Shown: positions 37,369-49,757 of the stretch, in pieces
Layout of the letters: each line of letters opens with the position of its first letter
Position numbering within the stretch: position 1 is the stretch's first letter
Source: Octopus vulgaris
Taxonomy: Eukaryota
Assembly: GCA_951406725.2 (NCBI GenBank)
Contig: OX597815.1
Location: 133,486,001-133,550,000, forward strand
Length of the DNA: 64,000 nt
Direction: 5' to 3'
Notes under the pieces: model-generated
Seen by the model: only the letters and a program-made list of their open reading frames with translations
The model's database searches: none
Told to the model about the DNA's origin: nothing
Translations under genes and position numbers: made by a program

Positions 37369-38399
37369 TGGACTTTATATGGAAATATTTATACAGTATT
37401 CATCATCATTGTTTTAATATCCATTTTTCCCTGCTTGCACGGCTTTGACAGAATTTTTTAAAGTAAATTTTCTATGGCATAATGTCCTTCCTGTTTTCAA
37501 CCTTCACCTGTTTCCAAATAAGGTAATATTTCCATATGATCAGGCATATTTTCATGGAAGATTGGAAACAAATGACACTGTTCACATGATGGTAACACTT
37601 GTTTACAACTATTACATGATGTCAAGGCAAGGAAACATTAATGTACAAACACTCAGGGCATGCAAGAGCTCTCTTTCTCTCCCTCTCCCCCTCTCTCCCT
37701 CACACACACATGTGCATAGATACATATATATATACATAATAGGTTTCTTTTAGTTTCTGTCTACCAAATCTACTCACAAGGCAGTTTTGATGAGCTCAGG
37801 GCTATAGTCGAAGACACCCAAGGTACCATGCAGAAAAGTATAGAACACACACATACTGATACAGCACTAAATATAACAGGTGGTGTTAGCAAGGGTACAG
37901 ATATAACTATGATATATATAAAATGAATATCTGTAGAGGGCGGCTCTATATTTACAATACAACCAATGCCAGTCTAGAAATTGGATATAAATCAATGATT
38001 AAATGTCTGAGTATCTGAGATGAGTTAATGTTAATACGATTATAATTTTTCAGACTATTGAACTTGTCTTTAGAGATGAAACATATTTTAATATGATTAT
38101 CTTTGTTTCACTACAGGATGGTGAGCAGGTAGAATTGTTAGTGTCAGGAAAAATGCCTTGTGGTATTTTTTTTTAGCTGTTTTTATTCTGAGTTAAACTT
38201 CTGCTAAGGTCTATTTTATCTTTCATCCTTTTAGGATCAATAAAATTAAATAGTAACCAAGTATTGAGGATGAAAGTATTGACTTACCCTTTCACCACAA
38301 AATTGCTAGCCTTCTGCTTAAATTAGAAATATCTTTATTTCATTATGATTCAGTTTGTTTTGATCACTAATCACTACCCAACTATGAGGAATAGGGGCC

Positions 38400-38790
38400 A
38401 TTATAGTAATGATAGGAAAAAAGACTGAAGAGACAACACACATGTGGGTCAGAGACTGGAGCATGTTTGTGAGTGATTTTATGTCAGTCAGTAGAGGGGT
38501 CCTTCTCTGGTTGCGTATGTCTGTGTGAGTAGCAATTATGTAGGTCTCACTTGAGCTTTGTTGTAGCTTAATTATTAGGGGACTGAAATACTTTCTGGTC
38601 ATGAATAGAAGGACCTGTCTTCTGGAAGCAGCCCTTGTTATGTTAAGGATGTGCTTTCACTGGGAGAAATTCTCACTGATAGTGAAACCTAACATTTGGG
38701 GTGACTGTGAGAGAGCTCTAGTTGAGTGCTGCTTGTGTGAAGGAGGTGGGGTGCAATGGTTGATGTCTTCTTGATATGAGAAGAGCAGAC
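38400..38790 (-). mobile_element. CR1/L2/Jockey-group LINE RT C-terminal relic
   Basis: LGFTISENFSQ*KHILNITRAASRRQVLLFMTRKYFSP, then YNKAQVRPT and LQSLTH. Confidence 0.6.
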
Positions 38791-39914
38791 AACTAATTAT
38801 TAAACTACAATGAAGAGTTAATAGGTTTTCTTTCTCTCATAATTTGAATTCACTAAAACGGGACTAAAATAAAATCAGACAAGTATTTCCCTACCCCACT
38901 CTCTACTTAAATTTTTATAATTCCAAACTGAAGAAAACCTTTCCACTTTAGTATCTTTCATTGAAGAAAGACAGTTATTTTAACCTCAATATTGATTTTC
39001 TTTTTTGTTTTACTCGTTCTTGTTTTGTTTTTGTTAGATATATTATCAAAGGCCACTTGGATAAAAATATTGTTTTATTGCCTAGCTTGTGTCCATAAGG
39101 TGGAGAATATGGGTAGATAGTATTTAGAGGTCAGTCAGATTGATATCTTGGAGTGACATGGAGTTAGCTTCATGTTTGCTAGGTACATGTCAATAGCTAG
39201 TGTCTGAGGAGCATATGCAGGGTAATTTCCTTTTTTATTTTTATAGAGGTATGGAGTTGGGATTTATTTTATTACAGTAGCAAGGCAAGGTCATTGGCTA
39301 AATGAAGTGGTGGCATGAAATAAAGGTTGAGGAAGAAATAAAGATAAACAATATTGCAAGGCAAAATAAAATAACTAGAATATTTTCGTTTGTTATTCTT
39401 TCCTGCTCAGATCAAATCTACCTCTAGTCAAGATTGTTGTCAGCATTACTAGCTTCCTTTTTAGTTTCAGAACCATCAGAGGTGCAATAAAGCTGTTGTT
39501 CAACAACAGTTTTTTTTATAGTGTTCAATGAATGAAAAACATCTTGCTCTACCAAAGTGTTAGTCTATTGTAGATAAGTTTCCCAGGAAAGCCAAATAAG
39601 TCAAATACCTGTTCTCCACAGCTAGGTGAGTTGAGACAAAGTGGGATCCCAGTTGTAGAATCTAACTAGTTTGAAGTATGACAAAGTAGATGTCCTCTCA
39701 AGAAATTCAGCACAATAGTTGTTGTTGCATTTGAAAAGTTTGTAGTTGGAATTCGGGTCTCAAAAATGTGCCCCAGCATGTTCGGGGCGATGGCACCGTT
39801 GCAGGCATGCCTTGCGCATGTCTGCTTTGGTCGTCCGTTTACACTTCCGGCCCTATTTGCCAGTGTGTGCACGGTGAAGTTAATCTCATTTTATATAAAG
39901 TAATCATTGATGTA

Positions 39915-40150
39915 GTTGTTACTTAAACCCAGGTTAGTCTTGGCTAAGCAGTGCTGTTAGCAAAGTTGTTCCATCTGTGACCATCCTGCTTTGTTTTTTC
40001 AAGTGTTGTCTCTCCAAGACTGTATTATTTAGGACAGCATATGCTAGGTATCCCTTTTTTAAAATTTTATTTTTATGTGAGCATAGGATGTGGTTTAAAG
40101 GAGCTTTGGCTGCTATTCCTAACAGGTTGAGTGACCATATAGAAGTTTCT
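39915..40150. repeat. dispersed repeat family C (probable SINE with (AAC)n tail)
   Basis: Shared motifs caaaggcattccagccatgaccatc and gagatttggctgctatttctagc, also at ~1-75, 5640-5835, 27580-27760, 42570-42880, 43375-43550, 46300-46490 and 60200-60410. Confidence 0.65.
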
Positions 40151-41191
40151 TTTATATAGGATGTTAGCTGCTTGGACATGTAGCATACCTCTCATATAAA
40201 TGTGTAGATATACTACATGAACAAGTTGGTTGTCAAGATTGTAGAGATTGATGCTTTTTATATGTTAAGAGAGGGGCTACAGTACTCATGACATTTATAG
40301 GTCCTTCCAGACTGTTCAGATTAATGTAGGTGATGTTCAGCTTGAATTACTGTAGGTCTGTGATAATAGGAAAAATATGGGGGAAAAGGGAATTTGAGAG
40401 GGGTCATTGTTCTTGGAAGGAAAGACTAGGGAAATTATTTGGTTGGCCATTTGGTAATATTGACAGAAAGAGGATACACAGAGAGGACTAGTTAATGTTG
40501 AGGGCATGCCATTTGCTAGTTCAAAGGAACAATGGCCATTGGAATAAGGGAGATGAGGGATGTAATATGGATGGATCAGTAATTATGCTTTGGAATTGTT
40601 CAGAGTTAGAATATACCTTCTATTATTCAGCTTGAAACCCTATAAAGAACAAATGATAAATATATCTATTTAGTCATTTAATATCTTAATCTCATATCCG
40701 ATTAAGCAGATATAAGGATTTATGCATATAATTTCATTTCTTTATATTGCTATACATCTACCTATGTATGTAGGAATTATATGAATGAGTGCACAAATAC
40801 AGTTCCACCCTTGTTGGCATGGTGAAAGTAAATGGAGAAAAACAATGATGATGGCAGTAATAATAATGACACTGCTGGTGATAAGGATGATAATGATGAT
40901 AGAAGGATTAGTAGTTTCCATGCTTATGTAATTTTAATGCTGGTCTATGAATCCAGTTTTACATTATGAAGGTATCACTATTATCATTTTAATGTCCATT
41001 ATTCCATGCTGGCATGGGTTCAACAGGTCCAGTTGTACAGCATCTCACCACTTGGGTAGTTCTTTCATTAGTTCTTCTGTGAGGCTTAGTATACTGAGAT
41101 TTGACTTTACCACTTCTTCCTACATCTCCCTCTTTCAAAGGTACCCACACTCAATAATCACCAGCACATTCTCAATATAGTTTATATATTA

Positions 41192-41898
41192 TCATCATCA
41201 TCATCATAGTTTAACGTCTGCTTTCCATGCTAGCATGGGTTGGATGATTTGACTGAGGTCTGGCGAACCAGATGGCTGCATCAGGCTCCAATCTGATCTG
41301 GCAGAGTTTCTACAGCTGGATGCCCTTCCTAATGCCAACCACTCTGAGAGTGTAGTGGGTGCTTTTATGTGCCACTGGCATGAGGGCTTGTCAGGCAGTA
41401 CTGGCAATGGCCATGATCAAATGGTATTTTTTACGTGCCACCTGCATAGGAGCCAGTCCAGCAGCACTGGCAACAACCTCGCTTGAATGCTTTTTCACGT
41501 GCCAGTAAGGTGGCACTGGTAACGATCACGCTCGAATGGTGCTTTTTACGTGCCACCGGCACAGAAGCCAGTTTGCTGCTCTGGTAATGATCACGCTCGG
41601 ATGGTGCTCTTAGTGCTCCACTAGCACGGATGCCAGTGATTGAATTCAATTTCGATTGCCTCAACAGGTCTTTGCAAGCAGAATTTAGTGTCCAATGAAG
41701 GAAAGGTATGCATAAGTGGGCTGGTTACACCCCTGTCATAGGCCACGAGGTTATGGACTCACTTGGCTTGCCGAGTTTTCTCAAGCACAGCATATTTCCA
41801 AAGGTCCCAGTCACTAGTTATTGTCTCGGTGAGGCCTAATGTTCAAAGGTCATGCTTCACCACCTCATCCTATGTCTTCCTGGGTCTACCTCTTCCAC
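41192..41898 (-). mobile_element. 3' end of an RTE-clade LINE with tandem-repeat 3' UTR and (GAT)n tail
   Basis: CGRGRPRKT*DEVVKHDL...DLWKYAVLEKTRQAK*, repeated gtgccaccggcac units and tail gcagacgttaaactatgatgatg. Shorter copies at 28707-28838, 47366-47775, 51060-51412 and 62500-62640. Confidence 0.8.
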
Positions 41899-42048
41899 AA
41901 TTGCAGTGTGGAAGGTGTTTATAAGCCATTTAAAAACACACAAAAACTGTTAGATTCACTTCAACATTTAAATTTAAATGTTGAAGTGAATCTAATGGTT
42001 TTTGTGTGTTTTTAAATGGTTTATAAACACCTTCCATGCTGCAATTGT
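41897..42048. repeat. 152-bp spacerless palindrome
   Basis: Symmetric about 41972/41973, with 5 mismatched pairs. Confidence 0.95.
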
Positions 42049-43559
42049 TTTTGTTTCAGCACACGATCTCAGATCAGGTCACTTGCTATGCAAGTGCATC
42101 TCCATAATATAGTTTATAGTTTATATATATATATATATATAGTTTATAATGCAGAGTCTCATTGTTGGATTATAAACTATCTTCTCTGAGTCTGTGGGAA
42201 AAATATAAATCAACACTGAATGAAACATTTGTCACTTAGTGTTCCTTCTAATATTTTGTTGTAGATGCAAGCAGTAATTCGCATAAAGTGAGCTAATTTT
42301 GTCTTTCCTTGCAAAGTATGTGTACATCCATGCCTGGTAACCATCAGTCAAATTTCTTTAATGATAAAAGCTGATTTTACCTTGTGTGAATGCATTTTTC
42401 CCTCTTTCCTAGTTGTGTGCGCACGCAAGTACACATAACTTAGAGGGAACAGTGGCTAGCAGCTGAAAAGTGTTGGTGAGTGAGTTCTTGTGATCTTTTC
42501 ATTGTGTTTAACACTAGCTCAAACCTGACCACAAAATATTATGTTATTTGATGTATCTTTCTTTTTTTCTTTAGATGATAGTGTAATTTGAAGGAGATCT
42601 GGCTATTGTCTGTAGCTGGTCAAGCAAACATACTCTGGTTTCCCTTTTGCCCAATGTGCCCTAGTTGTTGCTACTGGTTTTGTTTAGTTCGAGGTCAGCT
42701 CTGATTAAGTAGACATATGGTCAAAGACATTCCAGCCATAGCAATGCCACCTTTTTTCCCATGTATTTTGTATGCCTGACTACAATATCCAATACATATT
42801 TCCATTTTATAAGACAGTAGTGTGTGATTTGAGTGAGATTATATTATTTCTAGCAAGCCAAGTGACAATATAATGGTTTTTTGTTGACTCATTGTGATCT
42901 AGTTGTGACTTTTAGAAGCATTTAAGTTACATTTACCTGATTAGTTTAGTGTGTTACATCTCCAAGTATCAACACATTGTAACAATGTAATTTCCAGAAC
43001 CATCAAAAGACAATATGTTTTCTTAATAAATTGTTTGTCCGACATATTTGTTTGTAACTTGTTTATATAATAAGTCAGTGTGTTTTAAACAATGAGTTTG
43101 CCTCTTTATTCTCATACTTTATATGAGAACTTTTACTTATGACTTTCTTTTATTTCTTTTTCTTTTTTTGTAGACATTCCTTTGTTAATTAATTAGTCTT
43201 GAACATTATATATTTAAAAAAATAAAGAAAAGGAATCCTTATTTTCGGCATAGTTTTTGTCATATGTTCATCATTATTACCATAGCCATCATAATCATCA
43301 TCATTATCATGGTTATCATCATCATCTTCAATAAGGGAGATTTAGAAGCCAATCAGCAATATTTTATGTAGTCATATAAACTGCTAAAAATAGAAGCCAA
43401 ATCTCCTTTAAATTACATCGCAGCCAAATCTCCTTTAAATTACATCATACTGTCTCATTGGATATTGTAGTCTTAAATAAATTGTGCTTGGGAAAATGGA
43501 ATGGAATGGTTATGGTTAAAACAGTAGTGATCATAGAGCTTGTTTAAATAACGTTTTCT

Positions 43560-45646
43560 TCCTCTCAAGAACTGGGGTTAATTTAATTGACTAACCACCT
43601 CCCTTCAAATCTCAAGCCTTATGCTTATATTGGTATCAATTGTTGTTGGCAGATTCTTTAGAGCATCAGATAAAATATCTTATTCTGACGTTTTACATTC
43701 CGAGTTTAAATCCTGCTGAAGTCAACTTTGCATCTCATTCCTCAGGATTTGCTAAAATAGCAGTCAAGTACTGTGATTGGTTTAACTGACTATCCTTCAG
43801 CTCTAAAAACACTGGCCTTGTGCCTAAATTAGATGCAATTGTTATGATGATGATAAGGCAGTGAGCTGGCAGAATTGTTAGTGTTTGGAAAATGCTTTGC
43901 AGTGTATGTTCTGGCTCTTTACTTTTGGAGTTTAAATTCTGCCAAGCACAACTTTGTCTTTCGTCTCTTTGGACTGATAAAATAAAGTACCAGTCAAATA
44001 TAGGAGTTAATGGTATTGACTAATCCCTTCCCTTAAAATTGCTGGCCTTGTGCCAAACTTTGAAACTTATTATTAATATTATTGAATGAGAGAGCAGTGC
44101 ATGCTATCAAAGTGACACTGGGGTAAAATATATGAAGCCCAGTATACCCATCATGACAACCCGTCTGATAAGGATACACCCGGTACATGCATCACAACCA
44201 TATGTGCGCGACATGGTGATCTCATATCAAGATAAACAGCGCATGACCTTGCAGGTGGGTCCCAGTTAGAATTTTCTTCTGGCCGAGTAGCCCATCCCGC
44301 TCAAAAGGTCCCTGAATAAGGATTGTTTAAGGATGTCGAACAAACCACCCATGTTTCCAAAGGTGAATTATCCAAACCTCCAAGGCTTCCTTTCAATATA
44401 CGGCTATGATACTCTCCCACTACTTCTGCTTGTGATCAGAGATGCACATATTGTCAGCCACTAAAGGACATGGTCAACTGGTTAAGGTCAAACAACTGAC
44501 AAGCAAATCTATGGTATTGAGCAGAATATTTGCTGTAGCCCATCTTTTATACCAAGACAATGTACATGATAACACTTCCAATCAGTTAAGATCAGAAGCC
44601 ACGAGAGCCACTGTCTGATAAAGCATCAGGGCATGGCCACTGTCTGGTAATGCATCAGGGCATGGCCACTGTCTGGTACTGCATCAGGGCATAGCCACTG
44701 TCTGGTACTGCATCAGGGTATCTTATTATTATTATGATTATTATTATTATTAAGATGGTGATCAAATTCCACTGAGGTCAACTTTGCCTTTCATCCTTTT
44801 GGAGTTGATAAAATAAGTATCAGTCAAATAACTGAGGTCAATGTAATTGACTAACTCCCTTCCCCAAAATTTCAGGCCTTGTGCCGATAATAGAAAGGAT
44901 TATTGAGAGGGTGAGCTAGCAGAACCATTCATACATTGGACAAAATGGTTAGTGGCATTTCATCTGTCTTCACGTTCTGAGTTCAAATTCTGCTGGTGCC
45001 AACTTTGCCTTTCCTCCTTTGGGGGTTAATAAAATAAGTACTAGTTGATCCCTGGGTGTCAATATAATCAACTTACCACTCACCCAAAATTGCTGAAGTT
45101 GTATCAAAATTTGAAACTGTTGTTATTATTATTATTATTAAGGTGGTGAGCTAGCAGGATTGTTACTACACCTGACAAATGTTTAGCATATCTCTTCTGC
45201 CTTTATGTTCTGAGTTCAAATTCCATCATGGTTGACTCTGCCTTTCATCTTTTCAGGATTGATAAAATATTACCTGTCAAACATTCGGGTCAACAATATT
45301 GACTTAACCATTTCCCTAAAATCGTTGGCCTTGTGCCAAATATTTGAAGCCATTATTTTTATTATTATTATTATTATTATTATTGTTATTATTATCATTA
45401 TTATAACTATTATTGTTGTTGTTGTAAGGCAGTGAGCTGGTAAAATTGTTAGCAAAGTGGGCAAAATGCTTTGCCACAGTTTGTCTGTCTTTACATTCTG
45501 AGTTCAAATGCCACCAAGGTCAACTTTGTCTTTCATCCTTTTGGGGTCAATAAAATAAGTACCATTTGAGTATTGGGGGGTCAATGTAATTGATTTATCT
45601 CCTCCCTGAACTTGCTGGCCTTGTGCCAAAATTATTATTATTATTA

Positions 45647-45677
<31 letters not shown>

Positions 45678-45680
45678 AGG
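43560..45680 (+). mobile_element. head-to-tail array of about 7 SINE family B copies separated by (ATT)n tails
   Basis: Repeated ggcagtgagctggcagaa...ttctgagttcaaattc...tttgcctttcatcc...ggccttgtgcc units. Confidence 0.8.
44085..44722. mobile_element. ~640 bp element inserted in (TAA)n, possibly R4/Dong-associated, with 4 x 29-bp terminal tandem repeat
   Basis: Both ends abut ATT repeats. Unit gccactgtctggtactgcatcagggcat(g/a) at 44607, 44636, 44665 and 44694. Confidence 0.55.
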
Positions 45681-47280
45681 TGGTGAAGCAGTGACAATTT
45701 AGAGTTAAGATCCTTCTGTCTTGTCAAGGGTATGACAATCTCTTTAGTGCTAGTGTCATAATAAAATGCATCCAGTAACTCATGTAAAGTGCTTGGTGAT
45801 AGAAAGGGCACCCAAGCTAAAAATGAAACTTGATTGACAAGTAGTCTTGTGACCCTTGTAAGAAGGCAGTTACTCTGAATGAGAACTGACTCGGGTTATG
45901 ACAACTTGTCTAATCCATGTCAACATAGACAGTTTATGTAAAACATTGATGATGATGAAAAGCAAGACTGTTCATTAGTGGTAAACTACTAGGATAGATT
46001 AGATAAGTAAATGGCCAAATGACATACTGATATAAGTACAAATTCACTAAAAGTGATTTGTTTTTTTGACTTTTCAGTATCTGATGAAATAAAAATTTTG
46101 TTGTCTATAAGGAAATGTATTCCAATTTTAGACCATATTTGACATGTGGACCTTGTGGTTGGCGCTCAAACCTTTGATTAGTTATTCTATGGTGTGAGTT
46201 ACCTTAGCCATGTTACCAATTATTTCTAACAATTCCTTCACCACCATTACCACCACCAACTTTTAACAATAAACTAACAAGAAAGTCTATCCAAATTCTC
46301 AACTTGCTAGAAATAACAACTAAATCTCCTCTTTATCATACTGTCTTAAACAAGGAAAAGACACACTAGATAATGTAGTCTTAGATAATCTTAAAAAGAT
46401 AGTATAGTCATGACTGGAATGTGTTTCATCACAGGTCTGATCTATCAGTATTGACCTGGGGCTAAACAACAACTAACTAACAACAACAATATACTACATT
46501 TAATAATAAGCTGCTTACAAAACTGTCTGGTTAATGAGTCAAAGCAGTCATGCTACTAGGTTACTGACTATAAATGAGTCACCTAAATCTGTCCACCTTG
46601 ACATGTACACATAGAATTGTTGTTGCCTTTTTCGCAAACTGCTGCATATTTGAGTGCTTGTCTTGGCCACCTTTTGTAAAATACAAAATAGAAAAATAAC
46701 AGCATTATATAAATAACTTTCTGATCAACTTTTTATTCTATTTTTCACTCAACACCCACCTAGGTTCAGGGTGGATTATTTACTTGAGCATTCTTATTTT
46801 CCTCTGGAATGTTGATGTTACTTCAACAATGAATTTTTTTTTCGTTTTTGTTTAATTTTTTTATGTTCTTTTCCTGTTTTATTTTACCTTCATTTAATTT
46901 TTTTTTTGTTTTGAAAGGATAGAAAAACAAAACATTATTTTACTTCACTTGTAAACTGTGGTTGTTGTTATTTTGTGAACATTTCCTGTGAAAACAAAGA
47001 CCTCGTAGACACTTTAACACTTGACTGAAGCATCATATTTTATTACAAACAGTGGAATTTGTTTTACAGCCAGATTAACTTTCTGAGAATTTGGTTATTG
47101 CTAGACAGTGTAATAACCACAAGTTATATTCTGATCCTTTGTTTGATCTTGTGCATTTACCAAATTGGTTGGTTGATAATACTGTAAAGTAAGGAAGAAG
47201 GAGCACTAGAAAGACACATGTAACTCTGAATATTTAGTGTTCAATAGATAAGATGTGTTTTTTTTAGAATTGTTCTTTTA

Positions 47281-48080
47281 TCTTTTACTTATTTCAGTGA
47301 TTGGACTGTGGCCATGTTGGAGTGTTACTTTAAAGGGTTTAGTTGAACATATTGTACCTTGGATTTCAGAACAACCTGTTGTGCTTGAGAAGACCTATTG
47401 AGTCAAGTACATGAACATCGAAATAAATATCAAATAGAAATAGTAGTTGTGATACCTGTGACGGTGGCACGTAAAAAGCACCATCCGAACGTGGATGATG
47501 CCAGCGCCGCCTTGACTGGCTCCTGTGGCAGTGGCACGTAAAAAGCACCAACTGATCGTGGCCGCTGCCAGAATCCCCTGGCACCTGTGCCGGTGGCATG
47601 TAAAAAGCATCCACTACACTCACGGAGTGGTTGGTGTTAGGAAGGGCATCCAGCTGTAGAAACACTGCCAGATCAGACTGGAGCCTGGTGCAGCCTCCTG
47701 GCTTCTCAGACCCCGGTTGAACCGTCCAACCCATGCTAGCATGGAAAACGGACATTAAACGATGATGATGATGATATTAATTCCAGTACTTGTTTTTAAG
47801 CCTAGTACTCATCTCCTATTGGTCTCTTAGGCAGAACCGCTAAGCTAAGTTATGGGGATGTAAACAAACAAGCACTGGTTGTTGAGTGGTGGTGGTGGTG
47901 GTGGGAAAAATACAAACAGATAGACACACTAATACAGTGTACTTGCACACAGTTTCCATCTACTGACATTGGTTGCCCTGGGGCTATAGTAGAAGACACT
48001 TGCCCAAGGTACCACACAGTGAGACTGAACCCAAAACCTCTGGGTTGCAAAGTGAGGTTCTTAACCTCACAGCCATGCCT
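47281..48080 (-). mobile_element. SINE family A interrupted by an RTE LINE 3' fragment (47366-47775, +)
   Basis: SINE halves are collinear on either side of the insert. Confidence 0.7.
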
Positions 48081-48597
48081 GTTCTGTTTAATTTTATTTT
48101 AAGTAATGGATTTCCATCAGTTTTGATGATGAATATTCAGCTGTTTGATCAACCTGCTTGTTGAATCAGTGAACAAGTGGTTGAGCTTTCTACAGACACA
48201 TGTACTCTTGACATAACCCTTAGAATTAGCGTGTCACACTATATGACAATGCTGTGTATTTGAATACTTCAGTTGATGGGCTTCCACAGTTTCCATTCAC
48301 CCAATTTCACTTACAAGGCTTAGGTTGAACCAGCAATTGTAAAAGACATATCACATATTGGGATTGAACCTGGCACATTGTGATTGCAAAGTGAAATTCT
48401 TAATCATTTGGCCATTCTGTACTCACATGTTAGTGTAATTGTCTGGGTGGAAAAGGTCTTTGTACAATATTTTACAAATTGTATTCTTAAACAAAAGATA
48501 GGTCAATATGTTTGTACAGTTTTAGGAAATGGAGAATATTCATTCAATTCTGTACACCAGCTTGTCTTTTATTAGCTGTCTTGTCAGCAGATCTACT

Positions 48598-48814
48598 TCT
48601 CTTTTACTTGTTTCAGTCATTTGACTGGCCATGCTGGAGCACCGCCTTTAGTCGAGCACATCGACCCCAGGACTTATTCTTTGTAAGCCTAGTACTTCTA
48701 TCAGTCTCTTTTGCCGAACTGCTAAGTTACGAGGACGTAAACATACCAGCATCGGTTGTCAAGCAATGTTGGGGGGACAAACACAGACACGCAAACATAT
48801 ACACACACACACAC

Positions 48815-48884
<70 letters not shown>

Positions 48885-49048
48885 GATGGACTTCTTTCAG
48901 TTTCCATCTACCAAATCCACTCACAAGGCTTTGGTTGGCCCGAGGCTACAGTAGAAGACACTTGTCCAGGGTGTCACGCAGTGGGACTGGACCCAGAACC
49001 ATGTAGTTCGTAAGCAAGCTACTTACCACACAGCCACTCCTACGCCTA
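48598..49048 (-). mobile_element. SINE family A, full length
   Basis: Reverse complement of the consensus. Confidence 0.88.
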
Positions 49049-49340
49049 TACTTCTTGTATAATTTCTATGCCCAACTTTCAGTTTAGCATTTCAACAATT
49101 TTCTGTATGATCTTGAAGCTTGTTTATTTCTTGGTGAGAGTTCTAAATAAATAAATCCTTCTAAAAAGCCGTTGTAACTGAAGTTACTAATAACATAAAA
49201 AATACCTCTTGTTAGATATATGCCTTTGCTTTTCTCTCTCTTTCTCTCACCCACACCTTGTCTGCTGTGATATTGAATTGAGAACCACATGATTATGAAA
49301 CAAATTCAACCAAATATTCAAACATAAATAAAATCCACCT

Positions 49341-49757
49341 AGGCGTAGGAGTGGCTGTGTGGTAAGTAGCTTGCTTACGAACCACATTGTTCCAGGTTTA
49401 AGTCCCACTACATGGCACCTTGGGCAAGTGTCTTCTACTATAGCCTCAGGCTGACCAAAGCCTTGTGAATGGATTTGGTAGACGGAAACTGTAAGAAGCC
49501 TGTCATATATATGTATATATATATGTATGTGGGTGTGTTTGTGTGTGTGTGTGTTTGTTCCCCCAACATCGCTTGACAACCAATGCCGGTGTGTTTACGT
49601 CGCCGTAACTTAGCAGTTCAGCAAAAGAGAACGATAGAATAAGTACTAGGCTTACAAAGAATAAGTCCTGGGGTCGATTTGCTCAACTAAAGGCAGTGCT
49701 CCAGCATGGCCACAGTCAAATGAGTGAAACAAGTAAAAGAGTAAAAGAGTAAAGAGT
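49341..49757 (+). mobile_element. SINE family A, full length
   Basis: Collinear with 3570-3929. Confidence 0.88.

Noticed and set aside
37926-37990. atat-CTGTAGA-gggc...gtcta-GAAA-ttgg-atat on the plus strand
   Set aside because: Core and cleavage site are both altered; too degenerate to call.
39050-40600. Possible very old PLE RT/EN relic on the minus strand
   Set aside because: Only scattered weak motif resemblance; cannot be supported without a profile search.
44607-44721. CRISPR-like array or U2 snRNA fragment
   Set aside because: The repeats are contiguous without spacers in eukaryotic DNA, and the U2 resemblance is only about 10 nt.
46080-46125. Isolated CTGATGA...GAAA (similar CTGATGA hits near 7989 and 30070)
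   Set aside because: No flanking stems; expected by chance in AT-rich DNA.
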